Shown here piece after piece: positions 12,396-23,844 of a stretch of DNA of 64,000 bases. The notes under the pieces are model-generated. The model made no database searches. It was not told the DNA's origin and saw nothing but the letters and a program-made list of their open reading frames with translations. The number at the start of each line of letters is the position of its first letter. Position 1 is the first letter of the stretch. This stretch comes from Eutreptiella sp. 'Long Island Sound 2002'. Its lineage: Eukaryota > Protista > Euglenida. Both the position numbers and the translations under genes were made by a program. The stretch covers positions 31,310,001-31,374,000 of the forward strand of contig OZ038379.1 of assembly GCA_964036045.1 (NCBI GenBank), given 5' to 3'.

Positions 12396-12457
12396 GCTCA
12401 AGGCGCTCGGGCGAAGGAAAAGGGAGATGCAGAAGCGCCAAAATAAGAGACAAGAGA

Positions 12458-12509
12458 GTTGTAGCTCAGCTAGGCAGCTTCACTGCGTGTAGGTTCACAA
12501 CAAGAGGCC
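12458..12509 (-). ncRNA. Degenerate minimal HDV-like ribozyme at the 5' end of LINE copy A
   Basis: GGCCUC-UU-GUUGUG-A-ACC-UACACGC-AGU-GAAGCU-GC-CUAG-CUGA-GC-UACAAC has the same layout as the intact copy at 61733, with three mismatches (P1, P1.1, P3). Begins exactly at the TSD boundary. Confidence 0.6.
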
Positions 12510-12909
12510 TGAAATTTGGTGAAATTGGGTGAAAAAAAAATCCAAATGTGCCCTATCCCCAATGCGAAAGAAGCATCGCAGTACCCGTTTTCGAACAACA
12601 ACGGGTCCCCAACCCACGGACAAAAAATGGGGAAAGAGGGGGAGAACTGGCGGAAAATATGAGAAAACTTTGCCTGGTGCGTCTGGCGCGCTAACATACT
12701 CTCTATGTCCATGGGTAGGGTAACCCCCACTCACCCTTGTCCTAACACAGGCCAGGTTCAGTAAAACCGCGGAAACATGGGGTCGTCGTGGTAGAACAAA
12801 GGCATGTTAGGACAAGGTGGACGGGGGTATGTGGCTGTGATTCAGCAAGTCGGGGACAACAGTCTGCATAAGATGAAGACGGCATAACACAAGCCTTACA
12901 ACTGCAGAC

Positions 12910-13337
12910 CTTGCACGAAGGGCAAACCCATGAGCTTCAGCAAGCGTTTCGCGTCGTGTTCCCACTGGAATCGGATGGCTTGGGCACCTGGTTGACGTGA
13001 CTTTTCAACAGGAGCCTTGCCATCAAAGACGAAAACAGGAGTGACACCTGCACAATGCATGCATTTTTCCAAAATCACCAACGAGCACTAACAAACAAAA
13101 CAAACATCGATTGGGGCATTGCTCGCAAGTGCAGAAGGAGGCATAATGACAACAAGCACGGCATTCGCTCGTCACCAACCCTTGACCGCAAAAAGGCACA
13201 CCTTTCACACCAACCAATTCTCACAGCATACTTTATATCACAACATTTGCTCACTTTCAGCAGATCCTCTGCATCAGCAGAAAACGCCCGACACTCACCA
13301 CCTCTCCACTAGATTTTGGTTCATCTCCCTCAACAGA

Positions 13338-13369
<32 letters not shown>

Positions 13370-14466
13370 AATCATCATCTACTGCCAGACTCCAAGACAA
13401 AGAAGGCCTCTCTCACAACTCTTCATACCCACAGCTCCTCCATCAGTAGAATGTATTTCTGCTCATAACCAGCACATCTGCGCCAATTGCTCCACTGGCA
13501 AAGCATCAGCTCATCGTCATTGGGTTTTCAACCTTGGGGTGAGGGTTGTTGGAGCCCTGTGACTAGCACCCCCACCCCCTGCCCAAAAAAACATAAAGGG
13601 CTCCAATGTTGGAGCCTGCTATACCAAGGCCAGAACTGCCATGGATTCAAAGGGGGGAGGGCGGGGGGGGGGGGGGTCTGAGGCAACAGAGGCCCTTGAG
13701 CAGTAAGGGATACATCTCTTTCCTTTGAGTAGTCTCCAGTGGGCCTTGGGCCAAATTCCAGCCGCGAACACCAAAAGCATCCCTTGGGAGTACCAGAGGT
13801 AGTAGAAGGGGCGCTGGGGCCATGCTGATGGCCCACACTAGCAGAATAGTACATGCCGGCATGGTGACCCTGAGGGCCTTCCCCGTCTTAGCATCATGGC
13901 AGCACCTCTTTCCCAATAGTCTCCCCTACAGGAACCCCACCAATCAACCTTGGGCCTGGAAAGAGTGTGGTGCCATGTGGCAGTGTACTGAAGGAGACCC
14001 ACTGCCCACTGCCCCGAATAGTGCGGTATTTTACTGCAAGAGTCCCACTGCCTGGTCCCCCCTGCAGTGAAGCAGTGAACTGAGGGAGCACCGCTGCCCA
14101 CAATGCTATGTCCGCTGAGACTAGCTGCATGCCAGCTGCCCAACCATGCACAAAAACAACGCGACTCTGCCCCATCTGCTCAGCGTCAACTTCGACCATA
14201 CAGACTGGACAGGATGAGGCAGGTGGTAGGGATGTTGTGCACAACCTATCCCGATTACCAAAAGGCAGACCTCGGTGTAAGAGCCCAATGGCCTTTTGCC
14301 AGACACCCCAGATGTGTTGACCGCCAGAGTTGCGTGCATGGGCGATTTGGTAGAAGCACACGGAAGCGTCAATGGCCACGGTGCGACCGTAGAGCGACAC
14401 GTGTGAAGAATTAGCGGCATTCGGCAACTTACTCAATAGTAATGGAAAAAGCCCTTGAACCCCCAT
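12910..14466 (-). CDS. XPG/FEN1-family 5' nuclease, exons 1-2 (14466-14271, 13047-12910); downstream exons not found
   Basis: Spliced: MGVQGLFPLL...GRTVAIDASVCFYQI...LLHRG|VTPVFVFDGKAPVEK...HDAKRLLKLMGLPFVQ. Both donors are G|gtctgc, acceptor tgtgcag|, phases 1/1 consistent. MGxxGL, AIDAS, VFDG and LMGxP are XPG-N/I motifs. Confidence 0.8.
13338..13370. repeat. (AC)n microsatellite
   Basis: Visible dinucleotide run inside intron 1 of the XPG-like gene. Confidence 0.95.
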
Positions 14467-15499
14467 TGCAAAACCATCCTAAGCATTGAAGGAAGGTGAT
14501 AAGGAAGGAAGGTGACAAATGGGAGCAAACGCTGTTCGCTTGTAAAATCATGGATCACAAACGAATGCAAATGCAAGCAAATTTCGGTGTTGCTCGCAGA
14601 CTTGTAAGATTCTTCCTGTGGCCCACGCAGCACGCAGGTCGGGTGGGGATGCCCACATCAATTGCCAATGCAGTCTGTGCCTTGCGGATCATATGACAGG
14701 CTGGCATTGAAGAACATATGGACGTGCTTCGGGGGGGGGGGGGGCACATTGGGTGAAACCGAAAGAAGATGAGCACCACATCCAACGTCCAAAAAGGGAA
14801 TCTCGGTGGGCTTTATGTCAGCGGCCAACAAATCACGCAAATGCGCCGCGTTTCAATGGCAGCTGTCAGGATCGGGTCATTGCGCAAGCGAATGCGAAGG
14901 CAGGGAACACAATGGACCCTTCACCGCGTGCATAATTCCTTTAAGGATTTACCCGCACAATAGAGTGATTTCCTCCTTTTCTTCAGTGGTGGTCAATGCA
15001 TTCGGGGTTGAGCAGAATAGTTGTGAGGACAGCTCTTTCATGACATGTGGTAAGCATCAATGAGGACAACAAGCACAGCACCAATGGGGCAGGACATGGT
15101 ATTTTGGACCAAACGCAGTGGATGAGGTCCCTTGTCTGCTACTGACGACAAGACCTTCTTTGTGATCCATCACATGTGCTGTCACGTTTTTCAGTCTGGG
15201 GGGGGGGGGGTTAAGTGCTCACAGTGGGAGGCTATTTGCAAAAAAAACCGGCTCCTCTTTCTGAGGGAATACTCCTCATCACCCAAAGACATGAAAAGCC
15301 TCCCTTGAAACATAAATTGAAAAATAGTGCCACACAGAGGGAGCAACCAAGGAAAACTCTGGAAGCAAAAGCACCAGCACCACATTAGCATATATCCCGG
15401 AGCTGAAACAGTACGGCTGATCGAAGCTCCCACCCCTGAGAAAACCGATCAATTCCCAAGCTCAAACAATAATCACACAACAATCAGGAAGTGAGCTCA

Positions 15500-15680
15500 T
15501 TGACAACAATCGGGAGTGGGGGTTGGGGGGGGTACTCAGTGACGACAATGGGGGAGGACACTCAGTAACGACAATCAGCCAGGGAACTCAGTGGCAACAA
15601 TGACGAAGGGAACTTAGCAACAACAACAGGCGAGGGAACTCAAGGAAAGCAATCAGGGAGGGAACTCAGCCACAATAAAC
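15500..15680 (+). repeat. Degenerate ~25-bp minisatellite
   Basis: Recurring ggaactcag..r.caacaat.. units, about 6-7 copies. Confidence 0.7.
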
Positions 15681-18600
15681 AGGTGTGCAACCAGGGAGGG
15701 AAGACGATGACGTTGTGGTTGGTTTCTTATTATTATTACCCCTCCCTAAGATATTGTCTGTTTGCGAGGACCGGGCCTGCTGACAGCTCTCTCTGCATGT
15801 CTGACCGTCCCTTGCAGGCCTTTTGGGGCTTGACCTCCAATTATGGGAATGCAACTGACGGTCACACGTGCCTTATTGATTGTGGGTGCGGATATGTAGA
15901 TGGTGGACAACTTCAAAGTGTCGCACTGTCCATGAAGAGCCCGAAGCTTTTTGTCTTGACAGAAGGCTGGCCAAGTCTTTGCCACAATGCTCAGGTGCTA
16001 CATTGAGGTGCATAGCCGAACTGCTCACTACACACTTACCAGCACAGTGTGTCAGGCTGTCACCTTCCTTGACCCCTTTTCTCTTGCTGTCTTCTCTAAT
16101 CACACCTTTGGCAAATCCTGCTCCAACAAACCATGGTAATATGCCACTTTGCATTTTCAATCTTCTCAGCACCTTCAACAAAAGACCCGCGGTTGTTTTG
16201 TATTTCTTAAGTGTTGGGAGCGCTGTTCTTGTCGTGCTTTACCCTTGCCCTGCTGGACCCAGGCTTCATATCCATCTCAAGCCTTGGAGACCACAACCTC
16301 ACGTCCATATGGCCACCACCTTTGTACAACAAGCAAAACCAGCACCCGAAAAGGAACTCACCAAAGCAAAAAACAACAATCATCGTTCCAATGGGCCTCA
16401 GGTGCCTAGCAAATCCGCATCCTTGGAGGGCTGGCGCTGATCAGCAAAAATGATAATGCAACTGCACATCATGGGCACAAAGCAACCTTTGCAGATAAGA
16501 AACCAGGAGAACAAAAGCGGCAGCAGGCCAATGGTTTAGAAGCTTTAAAGGCTGGCGATCATTTGGAACTAAGAGGCCCCACTTTCTTAAGAAAATTTTA
16601 AAAATGTGGAAGCGGCGGGATAAAAACGCTTTTTGTACGATATGATCGTCGCAATCCTGTGTATCAATGTTTCCTATAACAGAAAAAACACCCTTTGCAT
16701 GATGCACTTCCGTTCACTGCCCTTCGTAGCCCACATATCAGACAGCCGTCGTCCATGCACACCATTTGCAGTGCACACCAAACCAGCAATATGACATGCA
16801 AGCGGGCCTAGAACATCCCGTGAGCAAACCGAGGACAACTACCACCAGACAACTAACCAAGCAACCTGATAATTAGTGACATCCGTGCCCACAAGAGACA
16901 AAACAGTACGGCAGTCTGAAAGCAGTCAAGTCACCTCCGACACAGATGGAGATGCGAAACGTGATGGCTGAGTGGAGATATGGAGGTATCTCAGGATGCA
17001 GGCGGGGATGTCGGGGGAATGGAGATAGTGATAGGGGGCGTTTGTGCACAGCGCGCGCGCAGCGCGGGCAGAGCACGCACAGCGCACATTAAAGGGATAA
17101 ATTGGGGTTTTTGTTTTTTGCTACCATTGACAATATTGTTGCCTCTGTGGACCATACTTTACCCCAACAACCTGATGTTTGACGCCAACCCACAGTCATG
17201 GGCGGAACCCATCCAAATGTCTTCAATGACCTTCCAATGCCATAGACGGGCAAATCGGTGGAACGGTAGTGTTGCGCTCCTTCTCATATTGACAGGCTTG
17301 TGCCGTAGTCTTTGAAGCGCGCCCTCTTTTGGGCCTAGGCTTTGATGTTGGGCGTGAAGGGGATCTGCCCCATGAGCAAGAATGTCCCAACCCCGGTGCC
17401 GACCGCGAATGTGACATTTGCTGCACCGGTAGAGATGGACTACCGGTGGTCGAAGCAGGGGGGACTGTGCGAGCTGGCTTGCCGCGCGTGGTTGTGACAC
17501 CGACGTAGACGGTGTATTCGACTGCCGCGATGGCGGGGGATTCGCCGCTTAGCCTCTAGCGATGCGAGGAGACTACGGCCGGGCTGACTGGGAGAGGGTG
17601 GCGGTGATGGTGACTGCACCCCGTACTCCCTGGGCTCATTGTTATTGATACTAGGCACTACAATGCAGGTTGGGTATGGTACTGTACATACTTTGTGCAC
17701 AGCGCGGGCAGAGCGTGCAATACGCCCCAATAGTATTGGAGTAGAGATGGTGCCGCTAAATGAAAGCGGTGACGGGGGGGTTGCCACGGCCTCAATGGGT
17801 TGCGCTAGAGTGTGGCTCATGGACTCGAAGATGGAAGGAGAGCGGGCTGGAGGGAGCGGCTGCAAAAGTGAGGGCAAGGCTGGTGGTGATGGAGATGGCA
17901 ACGGCAACACAATGCATCGATTGTTGGACGGCACGGTGCCATGCCCATGGTGTATTTCATCCTCCTGGTCGCCATGTAATCAGCTTTACCATCACTACAT
18001 GCATTGCAGTCCTCGTGGCTCATTGCCACTGCTATCGCACCCCCTCTACCGTCTACGTTCTTGAGTTAACCCCTCCACTGCCCTCCCAAACTAGCATCAC
18101 CCGCACCACCTTCATTGTTGCCTACATCTCAAACCCTAGCACCCCTTGCCACCACCCCCATCAGCATTTCGCAGCCACATCCTCATCACCAACACCCTCA
18201 CCACATCCATCATAGCCATCATGCTCCCTGTACTTCTCCCTATCTTCTTCTACATCCACGTGACGATCCTTCTCTCCATCACCCTTTACATGTTTAAGCC
18301 TGTCAACACCATCAAACCTATGAACCTCGGCACACCCTCATTCTTGTCGCCAACACTATTCCCCATTGAATTTCCTTTCCTTATCTATCTATCATCCCTA
18401 TCTACACACGCATCGCCACCACCATGTCCAGCCCTACCTCCTCACATGGTCTGTATGAGCATGCGCACTATCAGCCGCGTGCACATGGTACTGGCTTGTG
18501 CCATACTAGGGATTACGTGATTTTAGATGTTCTCTATTTCAAATTTCTAGAAGTTGGGTATGCTCAGCAAATTGCCGATAACAAACTTCTACACATCCAA

Positions 18601-18898
18601 TTTTAGGAGCCACGGTAGAGATTCTGAATTGCAAGTGATACTAGTGTGACACTATGCGTAGGGCGAAACGAAGTACATTGGCAAACAAACAAAAACATGC
18701 AGGGGAACCTTTTGGAAAACAATTACGCAAAAAGGAACCGGGCAGAGAGACAGCTTTTTTTGTGTTTCCAAGTCACCAGGTACGACCCCCCCCAATGCCA
18801 TTGGCCCGGACCATGATTCTCACTTCCGAAGGGGGGGGGGGGGCGGCTAGGGGGGCCATGTTTCTTTGTTCTAGGTGGGGGGGGGGGGGCAGCGACAT

Positions 18899-18988
18899 GC
18901 CATTGCGGAGGTACTCAATACTCATGGTGCCATCTTGGTTCACCTTCAAGATTTTGCACGGCACCACCTCACCGGTACTGCACTTGTA
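18899..18988 (-). pseudogene. Small beta-barrel (Tudor/SH3-like) coding fragment, copy 1
   Basis: YKCSTGEVVPCKILKVNQDGTMSIEYLRNG aligns by eye with the peptide at 20161-20280. Confidence 0.35.
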
Positions 18989-20160
18989 GGTCGGCATTGA
19001 TACACAAACAAAGAGACAATGGAGAAAATTGCATGCGCAAAGGAGAAGCAGCAAAAGAGAGCGCAATAAAGATGAAACCTTGCAGATTTGGTGCAGCACC
19101 ATTCCAAGGCCTTTCAAAGGTTTACAACCATGGGCCTCTAAGAATTAACACCTAGCATCTCAAACTCTCAACAAGACACTTCTACGCATTAAGTATCAAT
19201 TGTACGAGCAAAATAGTTTTGCATGCGCATCCTCTAACTGTATGGAGCCAAGAAATGCACGGCATTGCCTTCTTTTAGGCAAAAAGCCGGGGGGGGGGGG
19301 AGGATTCTCACTTCTGAATGGGGGTGGCCAACGGCTAGGGGGGGCATGTTTCTTTGTTCTGCAAGGGGCGGGGGGCAGCGACATGGGGGGGGGGGTATGT
19401 GTCCAATAGGGGATCAATGGTCGGTATTGATTGACTAAATGTCCCCGCCATAGACACTCTCAGCCATTAGTTTGCAGGTTCTCGCACAAATGCATGTGTC
19501 CCCTTCTTGGTTGCGGTGCTCCACCATGTGTCCAATAAAGGGGGGGGGGGGGGCTTCCGGACAAAAACCTGGGTGCTCCAAGTCTGAAAAATTTTTTTGG
19601 TTCACACCTTGGTAAGCCGGCAAAGCCGTCTCGCCAGACGGTAATTGAGAGAATTCTCAAAATCAGAACCAGAGCTCTCCAGTGCTACAATTGTCCGACA
19701 GCTCAGTGTGGTAGCGGACATGACACATAGTTAGGGTGAGCAAAATCTGAAACCAGGGTGCTACCTCGTATGAAATTCCCTGTGTAGAACATGCTTCACT
19801 GGAGCCTGTTCCAAATTCCAAAAGTTGAAATTGCGTGCCCCTCTTCCCTATTGGTCATATCAAGACCGGTCCTTCTTGCCTTCCTTGCCACTATGTTTGC
19901 CCTACGCGCGCCACTTTTATTATTACTTTCCCAGTTTCGGTCCCCAAGGTCACCATTACCCAATGAAGCCTCGGGCTGGGGAATGTATTGACGGTCGTGT
20001 TGGGGAGCGACCGCGAACGGGGCTTCCATCAACAAGGGGGTCCAAAAGAACTTCCGGAGGGACGTCAATTGCGGGGATTGATGGGGATGGTGGTGGAGAC
20101 CCGAGACTAGGGTTACCGAACGAGATGGAGTCCATGGGGCATCAATGATTGACGACCTGC

Positions 20161-20280
20161 ACCACCTTGATCATACTCCAACTCCACATGCCGATCGTGC
20201 AAAAGGCCAACCACCTTCGCGGGTACCCGAAGCCCAGTAGACCTAGTGTAGAACACCTCGTCCCCAATGCTCAACTCCAT
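20161..20280 (-). pseudogene. Small beta-barrel (Tudor/SH3-like) coding fragment, copy 2
   Basis: MELSIGDEVFYTRSTGLRVPAKVVGLLHDRHVELEYDQGG shows a GD-V-Y...V-A-V....G..V.LEY pattern; frameshifted downstream. Confidence 0.4.
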
Positions 20281-20449
20281 AACAAATAGCAAAAGGTATG
20301 AGGACACGAGGGGCAAAAAGTGATGCTCCGCGGCAGACACACTAAATGTATCACCGTGCACCCAGCTTAGCGTGCCTGTTTCACAATACACATAGATGCA
20401 CCTTGTAGCCTTGAAACGGTGGGTGGGTGGTATGGGGCGATTTGGGAAG

Positions 20450-20570
20450 ATTTCTCCTCGTGGACTTGCCCCTTTCCGGTTGCGGATATGGACCGGCCCC
20501 TTTCCACTTGGGGATAATATGGATTGACCCCTTTCCGGTTGGGGATATGGATCGGCCCCTTTCCCTCACT
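20450..20570 (+). repeat. Short ~28-bp tandem repeat
   Basis: ccctttccggttg(c/g)ggatatgga(c/t)cggcc repeated 3-4 times. Confidence 0.75.
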
Positions 20571-20739
20571 TGTTGTCCCCCAGTTCGCCCAGTTTGATGC
20601 GCGATAATGCTATGTTGTACAGCAGGGAAACACATGTATTTCACTCAGAAACAGGTGGTCAGCCATACAAAAGCACCCCAATACATGCACCGCGCGCGAA
20701 CCGTGCGCGCACCGTGTGTAGTACTCCCTCTGGGAATCA

Positions 20740-23700
20740 AAAGTAGCCCAAAAAGTTGCCCTGCGCACTAACGCGCCTCACTAACCTTGTTTGGCAAATG
20801 TGATAATGCATTGATGCACAAGCAATACACATAGGCCTACACATATTCAATGATTTCTGACGCTTTTGGGGGTTTTCCATCAAAACTCCAGTGTAATCGC
20901 TCCCTAGTGCATCGTGAGAAAGTGCCAATTCCCGACTAACCAAAATCACCTTAATTTTTGCAAGGCTGTAACAACGGAGGACCATCACCAAACTCATGGG
21001 GTGGTGACCCATACCAAGTCACCACCCCATGTACAGCACTAGAACAACCTGCGACTTGAGCAAAGCGGTTTGCCGACCTCTTGACGTGTTTCACGTTGAT
21101 ACGCATGTTGACTGCGCTCATGATATGTATATCCCTGCCGTGATATGTGATATGCCCCCCTTGCGCCTCCCAAAAAGGTTCCAAATCCGTATTAACATCG
21201 AACCTGTGCTAAGCCCCCCCCCGCACTTTCACCCAAAACGGACCACACATAGTCAAGGTCAACATGCAACAGAGGATCCTCAAATGGCTCCAGCATGGAG
21301 CAACAGGCAGAGTCTATGTAAAGTGCCTGAGGCCGCAAGCCGCGAACTATGGTCAAAGCGGATTCTACCGCGCGCTGGCACACCAAGGGAATAGCAACAC
21401 AAGAGATATCCATCTCAACGGTGTAGTGCCTAGGTTGTATCGGTTCTATAGGAGTGAAGAGCGACCGCATCAATTGTTAGGTCAGGTGCCGGGCATAGAT
21501 GGTTGCAACAACTAGTGCCACGGACGGCCAAACTACGCACTCGGCAATGGAAGAGCTGCAATCAACCACTACGGTGTGGACACGGGAGAAGCCATCCTTT
21601 GCTTGCTGGTTGCCAACAAGTGAGGGATAGAAGTATTTGGGGGCATGGCCCTCTCTTGCCAACCGCTTGAGGGTGGTTGCAACGTTCACAAATGCCTGGA
21701 TAGTACGTGCAAAATGCAAGTACCAAGCATCCTAAACGGGCTGACAACGCAGATGTACTAGGTAGATGATGCATCTTACCTCGTATACTTGTTGCAAGGA
21801 GACTGTGGGGGGATGCTTGGTGTCATAGATTCCATCCAAAAAAACGTTGTATGCCGTGCCAAGCACAACGACATGCTTGGCTACATGGGTCATAGGAGAC
21901 GCCAGGGCAGGGTTACATAGAGTAGCTTACCCTACTAGGGGCGAAACCTTTAGCAGGTCAACCATGGCCTCCACGTCCTGCTTGTCTTGTAGGTATCATG
22001 GCAACTCTGTCGTGTGGTCATCACAGTAGTTGTGCAGCTCCTGTGGAACCCCATAGGACACCTCCCCTTGCATGACAAAGGCATCCTTCTCAAGCAGATG
22101 GGATGACCTGTTCATCATGTGGGGCCGGTCCAAATTTCCGCACGTTCCTAGCTCATTAGTCTGGTGGTGAAGATGGGGAACTTTTGGCATCCACGAGGTG
22201 GTGATTGCTGCAACCGCATACAGGGCAACCTGCAACTAACGTGAGCGCCGGCAATCGCCGTCCGTGTCCACCGACACGAGGATGCCATGGGACTCCCGGA
22301 AGGCCGCTGCGGTTGCATAACGTGGACATGCCCTGTCATTCGGCACGGCAATGCTCGGCCTTGAAACTTCAGCATGTAGGAATCACCCATTCGGGAATGA
22401 TTGCGTTGGCCTCTGCGGTGTGGCGGGCCATGGAGACCATGGTGGCTTGCGTGGCCGAATGGTACTGGGCGGAACGCCGGTCAAGGCGTTCCCGCAGAGC
22501 CTCTGTATTCTCCCCGCTGCAGAGTATGGCTGCCCCTATGCAGCCAGTGGCGCATAAACCAACCGCGCCGGCTTCATGCAAGACCGTGATAAGGCCCTCC
22601 ACGTGAAGCTCATCGATCAAGAGGTGCCACATCCGCACACCCTCAACATGCTTCACACTCTCCAACAGGGAATCGAGGGTGGGGACCTCATTTGGAAGCA
22701 CCTGAGGTGCACACACTATGTGTCGCCGTCCATTGGCATAGCCGGGTAGGCACGCGGCCTTTTGGAAATTAGAAAGCCTTCGGCGAAAATACCCTCCATG
22801 GTTCAGGAAATTGGTGATCGCATTGCATTGCTTCCCGTGGGCTTGTATTGCTTCCTGTGGGTGTGAATTGAGGTCTTGAGGCTTCTTCCTGAACCATAGA
22901 GGGTATTTTTGCCGAAGGCTTTCTAATTTCCAAAAGGTAGGCACGCGGCCTCATTCAACGCATACAACACCTTGGGGCCTCCCACCCCCAAGGAAGCAAG
23001 GGCTACAGCATCCCTCTCCTAGGCATCCCGTGACCACACCTTGCCAAACTTCACATAGCTGCGCAAGTACCTTCGACGGCGTCCGACTAGCTTGCAGCAA
23101 GCCGCTGGCACTACGGCCTACCAAGGGGCGGTCGTCCTTGGCAAGCGCAACCGCCAAGGCCTCAAAGGTGTCGCACCGCTGCCAAAAGCAATGAACGTCC
23201 TCCTGTAGGCGGCTTGGTGCCTCCTAGGCCAGCCACTTGGTGTCGTTGGCCTCAGCAAGACGAGGAGGACTGCCGGAGCAATAAGGGAGTGGGGCTCGGT
23301 GGGAGTGGGGTGCATGGATGTGCCCATCCAAGCCTTCAACTTGCCGGGTCTCCGCACCAGGCACGACAGGCACGGGCCATACGTGTTGGCAACCACGTGC
23401 CATGGGCCCTCACCCGGCATCCGCGAGAACGGCCCCCTGGCATCACGGAACTCCAACGGAAGTTATTCGTAGGTGCTGCGCATAATGGGGTACATCGTCC
23501 TGAGATGGGGCAGCATGTTGACTTGCCTTTGCATCACGCCAGGACATGAGTGGCCTATCGGGACTCGATGGTCCTAATTTGAATTCGGCATCCAACCAAC
23601 CATCCAATGTAGGGGGTGGTTCGAGGTGGGCAAGGTCAGCCGGGGCGGTTGCTGCCGATGCTCCCCCAGCACTTGTGGCGGCCTGGAGTTTCAACTTTCT

Positions 23701-23844
23701 ATTCGCGCAGATCATCATGTTCGGGAATGTGGCGGGACGGATTTGCAAAACACACAACGCAACCACGAAGAACATTGCAGTACTATATGTATCTCTATCT
23801 TCAGCAAGAACGGAGCTACCGCCTTGAAAATTCAATGCTTTCAT
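20740..23844 (-). pseudogene. Decayed, apparently intronless superfamily-2 (DExH) helicase-like ORF
   Basis: After removing the 22760-22935 insert and one TSD copy, one frame reads SLGVGGPKV (degenerate motif I), RHIVCAPQ (Ia), LLIDELH (II, 22603-22614) and VGLCATG (III, 22546-22560). Later VVVLGTAYNVFLDGI is motif-V-like. Multiple stops and frameshifts. Confidence 0.55.
22760..22935. mobile_element. 176-bp MITE with 50-bp TIRs and a 15-16-bp TSD
   Basis: TIRs ttttggaaattagaaagccttcggc(g/a)aaaataccctc(c/t)atggttcaggaa match 48/50. ggtaggcacgcggcc is directly repeated at 22745-22759 and 22936-22950. Confidence 0.92.

Larger units (their letters stand above)
2867..12509 (-). mobile_element. 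Full-length APE-RT non-LTR retrotransposon (LINE copy A, 9643 bp), inactivated
   Basis: Flanked by a 20-bp TSD tgaaatttggtgaaa(c/t)tggg (2847-2866 and 12510-12529). Contains APE motifs, RT with QGxPLS and YADD, and a CxxC-E-H-C zinc finger. Colinear with copy B. Confidence 0.95.

Noticed and set aside
3029-12446. The many overlapping GC-rich ORFs in the track as separate genes (also 52277-61000 and antisense ORFs over 61787-63919)
   Set aside because: They are off-frame or antisense shadows of the LINE coding sequence; high GC suppresses stop codons.
14658-14840. SAM-dependent methyltransferase motif (FLDVGCG)
   Set aside because: Isolated 7-aa match in a 60-codon ORF with no supporting motifs or splice signals.
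23150-23200. Walker A-like AFGSGAT
   Set aside because: Lies in a different frame from the reconstructed helicase and lacks the Lys.
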